Below are positions 59,212 through 64,000 of a stretch of DNA of 64,000 nucleotides, in pieces. The position numbers and the translations under genes are program-made. The DNA lies in the NCBI GenBank assembly GCA_963796955.1, contig CAWCNJ010000008.1:384001-448000 (forward strand), given 5' to 3'. Position 1 is the stretch's first letter; each line of letters starts with the position of its first letter. Source of the DNA: Endomicrobiales bacterium (GTDB lineage: Bacteria > Elusimicrobiota > Endomicrobiia > Endomicrobiales > JALOBY01). Under the pieces are notes generated by a model. That model had not been told where the DNA came from and ran no database searches. It worked only from the letters and a program-made list of their open reading frames with translations.

Positions 59212-60666
59212 ATGAACAAACAAAATAAAGCGCCCCTTTTTGACACCCTGCTGGCACATGCCAAACGAAATGTGACATCCTTCCACACGCCCGGCCATAA
59301 GAATGGCCGCGGCATAGACGCGAAACTCAAAACATTCACCGGGCCGAACCTCTACAAATTCGATGTCACCGTTTTTCCGGAAGTTGATTCCCTGCACGAT
59401 CCGACGGGACCTATCAAAAAAGCACAAGACCTGATGGCGGACCTGTACGGCGTACAGCATTCGTTCTTTCTGGTGAACGGCTCCAGCTCCGGTAATACCG
59501 CTATGTTCCTTGCCGCCTGTAAACCGGGCGATTCCGTTATCGTTTCCCGCAACGCGCACAAATCAATCTTGTCCGGTCTTATAATGTCGGGCGTATGGCC
59601 TATCTGGATACAGCCGAAGATAGACCAGAACCTGGACCTGATATTTGATTCTTCGCCAGAACAGGTGTTGGCGACCCTTAACAAATTTCCGGAAGCCAAA
59701 GCGGTTTTCATAACCAGCCCCACGTACTCCGGCATCGCGACCGATCTTAAAAAGATCGCCGAGATCTGCCACGAACGCGGAAAGATACTGCTGGTAGACG
59801 AAGCCCATGGGCCCCATCTGAAATTCCATCCCGACCTGCCGATGTCAGCCGTCGAAGCGGGCGCAGATATGTGCGTGCAGTCTACCCACAAGATCCTCTC
59901 GGCGCTGTCACAGGGTTCGGTCCTGCACTTTAACTCCAAACTGGTGGACATCAGCAGGGTCAAACGGGTCGTCTCCATGCTGCAGACGACCAGCCCCAAT
60001 TACCTGATACTGGCGAGTATGGATCTGGCGCGCCAGCAGGCTTATTTACATGGTGAAGAGATGCTCGGCGAAGTCATCAAAGCCGCCGAATGGGGCCGGG
60101 CCCAGATGTCGAAACTGAAAGGCTTCCGCCCCCTGTCCCGCTCGGACATTCAGGCCCATGGCTATGACCTGGACCTCACAAAGCTCACCATCAACGTTAC
60201 CCGCTCAGGCTTCGATGGATACCACATTGAAAATATCCTTGCAAAAGAGTATAATATCCAGATCGATTGCGCCGACATATTCAATTTGATCGCCATTATG
60301 GGGATCGGTTCGAACAAGGCGGACGTTCAGGCGCTGGTCGCGGCCCTGACCGATATCGAGAAGAAATATAAGGGCACGCAGCAGAACTGGTACCTACAGA
60401 TACCGTCGCTTTCGACCGAGATGGTCATGATACCGAGGGATGTATTCCTCTTATCAAAGACCAAACGCGTTCCGTTAAAAAAAGCCGCCGGACACATCGC
60501 GGCACAGGCGCTTACACCGTACCCCCCGGGCATACCGGTACTTATCCCAGGGGAGCGCATAACACAGGAGATCTGCGATTACCTGCTTGATATTTCCGGA
60601 AAAGATATCCGGGTCAGCGGACAGGAGACAGAAGAGCTTCGTACCATCAAAGTCGTAGCGAGCTAA
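59212..60666 (+). CDS. PLP-dependent Arg/Lys/Orn decarboxylase
   Basis: FHTPGHK, LVNGSS, RNAHKS, DEAHG, QSTHK, TTSP.Y and PYPPGIP motifs. Confidence 0.92.
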   Translation: MNKQNKAPLFDTLLAHAKRNVTSFHTPGHKNGRGIDAKLKTFTGPNLYKFDVTVFPEVDSLHDPTGPIKKAQDLMADLYGVQHSFFLVNGSSSGNTAMFLAACKPGDSVIVSRNAHKSILSGLIMSGVWPIWIQPKIDQNLDLIFDSSPEQVLATLNKFPEAKAVFITSPTYSGIATDLKKIAEICHERGKILLVDEAHGPHLKFHPDLPMSAVEAGADMCVQSTHKILSALSQGSVLHFNSKLVDISRVKRVVSMLQTTSPNYLILASMDLARQQAYLHGEEMLGEVIKAAEWGRAQMSKLKGFRPLSRSDIQAHGYDLDLTKLTINVTRSGFDGYHIENILAKEYNIQIDCADIFNLIAIMGIGSNKADVQALVAALTDIEKKYKGTQQNWYLQIPSLSTEMVMIPRDVFLLSKTKRVPLKKAAGHIAAQALTPYPPGIPVLIPGERITQEICDYLLDISGKDIRVSGQETEELRTIKVVAS

Positions 60667-60702
60667 AATGCACCTTCACACTAACATAACGCGGGAGTTA
60701 CC

Positions 60703-61047
60703 ATGAACAAAAAAGACATGAGCAAATTCAAAAAGACCCTTGAAGACAAACGTAATGACCTTGTAGAGGTCGTTAAAACAAAAAAAGAACGCGATCTTAT
60801 AGATAACGAGATAGGCGATGAAATAGACAGCGCCGCCCAAAATTCCGAAAAAGAGATGATGTTCGAACTTACCGACAATGAAAAAGTGATGCTTGACGCC
60901 ATAGAAGCAGCCCTGCGCCGCATTGAAAAAGGCACGTTCGGCACCTGCGAATCATGCGGCGGCAAAATAACCGAACAGCGTATTAACGCTCTTCCCTGGG
61001 TGCGCTACTGCATCAGCTGCCAATCAAAGGCCGAAAAACCCCGCTAA
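60703..61047 (+). CDS. dksA: DksA/TraR family C4 zinc-finger regulator
   Basis: Coiled-coil tip DEID; CESC...CISC zinc finger. Confidence 0.82.
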   Translation: MNKKDMSKFKKTLEDKRNDLVEVVKTKKERDLIDNEIGDEIDSAAQNSEKEMMFELTDNEKVMLDAIEAALRRIEKGTFGTCESCGGKITEQRINALPWVRYCISCQSKAEKPR

Positions 61048-61087
61048 ACCCGGTTTGACAGTCTACGCTTAAAAGCACTACTGCAGC

Positions 61088-61117
61088 AAATAAGGCCCTG
61101 CCACACGGCCTTATTTT
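61088..61117 (+). terminator. Intrinsic terminator after dksA
   Basis: AAATAAGGCC-9 nt-GGCCTTATTT then T/AT-rich sequence. Confidence 0.55.
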
Positions 61118-61130
61118 AATTTAATTTATT

Positions 61131-62480
61131 ATGAAAACACTCAACACTCGATTCGACGTCATGGTGATCGGCGGAGGGCCGGCGGGGTATTCCGCTGCCA
61201 TTCGTGCCGCCCAGAAAGGCGCAAACGCCGCCCTGATAGAAGCCGACGCGATCGGCGGAACCTGCCTTAACCGCGGCTGCATACCCACCAAATTCCTCTG
61301 GGAAGCACTGCATCTGAAAAAAAAGATATCCAGCAGAGCCTCAGGTTACGGGATAATCGCGACGGCTAACCCCATTAACTTCACTGACGCAAAGAAGAAA
61401 AAAGACAAAACCGTTTCACAACTGGTAAAAGGCGTAGAGGGTCTTTGTGCGAGCCACGGTGTTACGGTTATCAGCGGCGGCGCCAGGTTCGTTGACGAAC
61501 AAACAATTGAGGTTGCCGGAACAACGTACACCGCCTCAAAGTTCATAATCGCCGCCGGTTCAAGCCCCAGAGCGTTGCCGGGCGTTACGATAGACCATAT
61601 CTCGGTCCTTGATTCCACGGATGTGCTGGCCCTTGAAACCCTTCCGTCTTCAATACTCATAGTAGGTGGGGGCGCGATCGGCATAGAGCTCGCAGGGATC
61701 ATGGCCGGTTTCGGCTGTACGGTAAAACTTATTGAAAAAGAGAACCAGCTGCTGCCGAATGCCGACCGGACCGCTGCCGATGAATGTAAAAAGATCCTGG
61801 AGCGGGCCGGTGTCACGGTAGCGCTGGGCGTTAACTCAATAGATGAACACAAAGCCGGCTATGAAAAAATATTGATCGCGGCGGGCCGCCAGCCGAATGT
61901 GGAAACGCTGGATCTCTCCGCTGCAGGAATAGGCCACACCGCCAGAGGAATAACCGTTAACGCATACCTTGAAACGAACGTAGCTGGCATTTACGCCGCC
62001 GGTGATGTTACCGGGAAAAATTATTTTGCGTACACAGCTCAGAACGAAGGTGTTATCGCAGCGGAAAACGCCCTCGGCTCGAAACGGTCCGCGGCGCAGA
62101 CCTTTGTGCCCTGGGCAGTATTTACAGACCCGCCGATCGCCTCTGTGGGCCTTCGCACTCAGGATATTCAGGCCGGAATGAAAGAGGGCTTCTTCCCTAT
62201 AGCTGCCAACAGCAAAGCCAGTATCGAAGGTGAACGCACCGGCTGGGTGAAGGTTATAAGCTCCTCAGACGATACAATACTCGGCGGCGTGATAGCAGGC
62301 CCCGGCGCGCCGGAGCTTATTACCATTCTATCGCTTGCTGTTGAGAAGAAAATGAATATACAAGATCTTGTCAGAACTCATTTCTTCCACCCATCCATAG
62401 CCGAATCCATCTTTTGCGCGCTGGAAGACACCGTATCTGAATGTGTTGAATTACCCGGAAAAACCAAGAAAAATTTATAA
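61131..62480 (+). CDS. lpdA: Dihydrolipoamide dehydrogenase (glycine cleavage L protein)
   Basis: IGGGPAG, GGTCLNRGCIPTK and FHPSIAE motifs; adjacent to gcvT. Confidence 0.88.
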   Translation: MKTLNTRFDVMVIGGGPAGYSAAIRAAQKGANAALIEADAIGGTCLNRGCIPTKFLWEALHLKKKISSRASGYGIIATANPINFTDAKKKKDKTVSQLVKGVEGLCASHGVTVISGGARFVDEQTIEVAGTTYTASKFIIAAGSSPRALPGVTIDHISVLDSTDVLALETLPSSILIVGGGAIGIELAGIMAGFGCTVKLIEKENQLLPNADRTAADECKKILERAGVTVALGVNSIDEHKAGYEKILIAAGRQPNVETLDLSAAGIGHTARGITVNAYLETNVAGIYAAGDVTGKNYFAYTAQNEGVIAAENALGSKRSAAQTFVPWAVFTDPPIASVGLRTQDIQAGMKEGFFPIAANSKASIEGERTGWVKVISSSDDTILGGVIAGPGAPELITILSLAVEKKMNIQDLVRTHFFHPSIAESIFCALEDTVSECVELPGKTKKNL

Positions 62481-62501
62481 TATAAAAAAAAGGACCAGAC
62501 C

Positions 62502-63590
62502 ATGACCATGCGCACGCCATTGTACGAAGAACATGTTAAACTGAAGGCGCGTTTTACCGAGTTCGGGGGATGGGAAATGCCGGTGATGTATTCCACGATC
62601 ATGTCCGAGCACAACGCGGTCCGCACAAAATGCGGCATGTTCGACGCATCGCATATGGGAGAATTCGTTGTGTCCGGCACGGGCTGCAAAGCATTCCTTG
62701 ACCTTATGGTGGTCGGCAACATGTCGACCCTGCTGCCCGGGCAGGCCCGCTATACCCTGCTGCTAAACGATAAAGGCGGCATCATCGACGACCTGATCGT
62801 TTACCGGCGTGAAAACGACTTCTTTCTGGTCGTGAATGCCGGCAATATAGACAAGGATCTTGCCTGGCTGATTCAGCATAAGCCGGCAGACGTTACCATT
62901 GACAACATCAGCAGCAGCCTGTGCCTGCTGGCTTTGCAGGGCCCGAATTCCCAGGGAATACTGCAGCACCTGATCAAAGACCGTCTCGACAAACTTAACT
63001 ACTTCAACTTTTTTAAACCTACTTTCACGAACCTTAAACCCGCGTTTTGCCTGCTGGCCCGCACCGGCTATACCGGGGAGGACGGTTTTGAAATCTTCAT
63101 TTCAAACGCCGAAGCCACAGCCCTGTGGCAAACACTGCTGGCGGCCGGTGTAAAACCCTGCGGCCTTGGCGCCAGGGACACGCTGCGGCTGGAAGCCTGC
63201 ATGCCGCTGCACGGCCATGAAATAGATGACGACATCACACCTCTTGAATCTTCATTAGGCTGGACGCTGTTCTGGGACAAACGGTTCATCGGGCGGGAGG
63301 CGCTCTGGCACCAGAAGATACACGGCGTCGGCACATACCTGACCGCTCTTTCCGTAGAATCTGGCGTTCCCCGTCAGGGTTATGATATAATCATGCAGGG
63401 CAAGATCATAGGCACCGTTACCAGCGGTACTTTTTCACCGACGCTTAAGAAAGGCATCGCGCTGGGCCATACGAACGTTAAGCTGACGCCAGGAACGGCC
63501 GTGCAGGTGATGATAAACGACAATTTAAAAGATGCCGCTGTAGTTACGCGCCCTTTTTATAAAAGAGCGCCAATAAGGGAGGCTGTATGA
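62502..63590 (+). CDS. gcvT: Glycine cleavage system T protein
   Basis: FGGWEMP, FDASHMG, RTGYTGEDGFE and GLGARDTLRLEA motifs. Confidence 0.97.
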   Translation: MTMRTPLYEEHVKLKARFTEFGGWEMPVMYSTIMSEHNAVRTKCGMFDASHMGEFVVSGTGCKAFLDLMVVGNMSTLLPGQARYTLLLNDKGGIIDDLIVYRRENDFFLVVNAGNIDKDLAWLIQHKPADVTIDNISSSLCLLALQGPNSQGILQHLIKDRLDKLNYFNFFKPTFTNLKPAFCLLARTGYTGEDGFEIFISNAEATALWQTLLAAGVKPCGLGARDTLRLEACMPLHGHEIDDDITPLESSLGWTLFWDKRFIGREALWHQKIHGVGTYLTALSVESGVPRQGYDIIMQGKIIGTVTSGTFSPTLKKGIALGHTNVKLTPGTAVQVMINDNLKDAAVVTRPFYKRAPIREAV

Positions 63591-63967
63591 ATATTCCTCA
63601 AGATCTTAAGTATGCGCCCACGCACGAGTGGGCAAAGGCTGAGGGCACAAAAGTAAGGGTCGGCATTACTGACCACGCCCAGCATGAGATAACCGACGTT
63701 GTGCATGTGGAGCTTCCCGCGGTTGGGAAAAAAGTAACCAAAGGCCAGCCCTGCGCCGTGGTAGAATCCGTAAAAGCGGCCTTCGATATATACGCCCCGG
63801 TCAGCGGCACTGTCACGGAGATCAACATAAACCTGGAAAACAAACCGGAACTGGTGAACGAGGCCAGCTACACCGACGGTTTCTTTTTTGTGATCGAAGC
63901 CGCTGATAACGCAGAACTCGACACATTGTTATCGCCGGCTGATTACGCAAAAACACTACAGGCATAG
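63587..63967 (+). CDS. gcvH: Glycine cleavage system H protein
   Basis: HEW, GITDHAQ and VESVKAA (lipoyl-Lys) motifs. Confidence 0.97.
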   Translation: MNIPQDLKYAPTHEWAKAEGTKVRVGITDHAQHEITDVVHVELPAVGKKVTKGQPCAVVESVKAAFDIYAPVSGTVTEININLENKPELVNEASYTDGFFFVIEAADNAELDTLLSPADYAKTLQA

Positions 63968-63971
63968 AACT

Positions 63972-64000
63972 ATGAACTATCTTCCCATAACCGCAAACGA
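63972..64000 (+). CDS. gcvPA: Start of probable glycine dehydrogenase subunit 1 (truncated by the window)
   Basis: MNYLPITAN directly after gcvH; only 9 codons visible. Confidence 0.55.

Noticed and set aside
61048..62501. Glycine riboswitch upstream of lpdA/gcvT
   Set aside because: The intergenic gaps are too short (83 and 21 nt) and lack the aptamer motifs.
1..64000. CRISPR array, rRNA, tRNA, transposase or integrase
   Set aside because: I saw no regularly spaced direct repeats, tRNA/rRNA signatures, or DDE/tyrosine/serine recombinase motifs on reading; no scan was run.

Overview
This is a 64 kb chromosomal segment of a diderm, probably anaerobic bacterium with moderate GC. The FN3/CTD-PorV pair and gene order suggest Elusimicrobiota (inference only). 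In order, it contains: (1) a HAD hydrolase, an XRE-cupin regulator and an acyl-CoA synthetase; (2) the core cluster rpsB-tsf-pyrH-frr-(ferredoxin)-uppS-cdsA-dxr-rseP-ispG-greA-proS; (3) a small variable insertion; (4) a cobalamin-riboswitch-controlled corrinoid salvage operon (cobO-cobU-cobT-cobS-cobZ-btuFCD-cobQ-btuB) ending in a 35-aa precursor peptide and a radical SAM/SPASM maturase (CbpA/CbpB-like RiPP); (5) a large secreted FN3-repeat protein with a T9SS-like C-terminal domain, plus PorV; (6) a glycosylation trio including a GT-C/PAP2 fusion; (7) larE, an alkD-like gene, an Old Yellow Enzyme, an NmrA protein, a CheB-CheR-PAS-kinase hybrid, AsmA, a LolA-like/ABC exporter operon, a SnoaL protein and ldh; (8) a type I R-M locus with two uncharacterised two-gene cargo modules between hsdM and hsdS; (9) a basic amino acid decarboxylase, dksA, lpdA, gcvT, gcvH and the start of gcvPA. 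Five genes are broken by single-base indels, possibly assembly errors. I saw no rRNA, tRNA, CRISPR array or transposase. All family assignments come from motif recognition by eye; no database searches were run.
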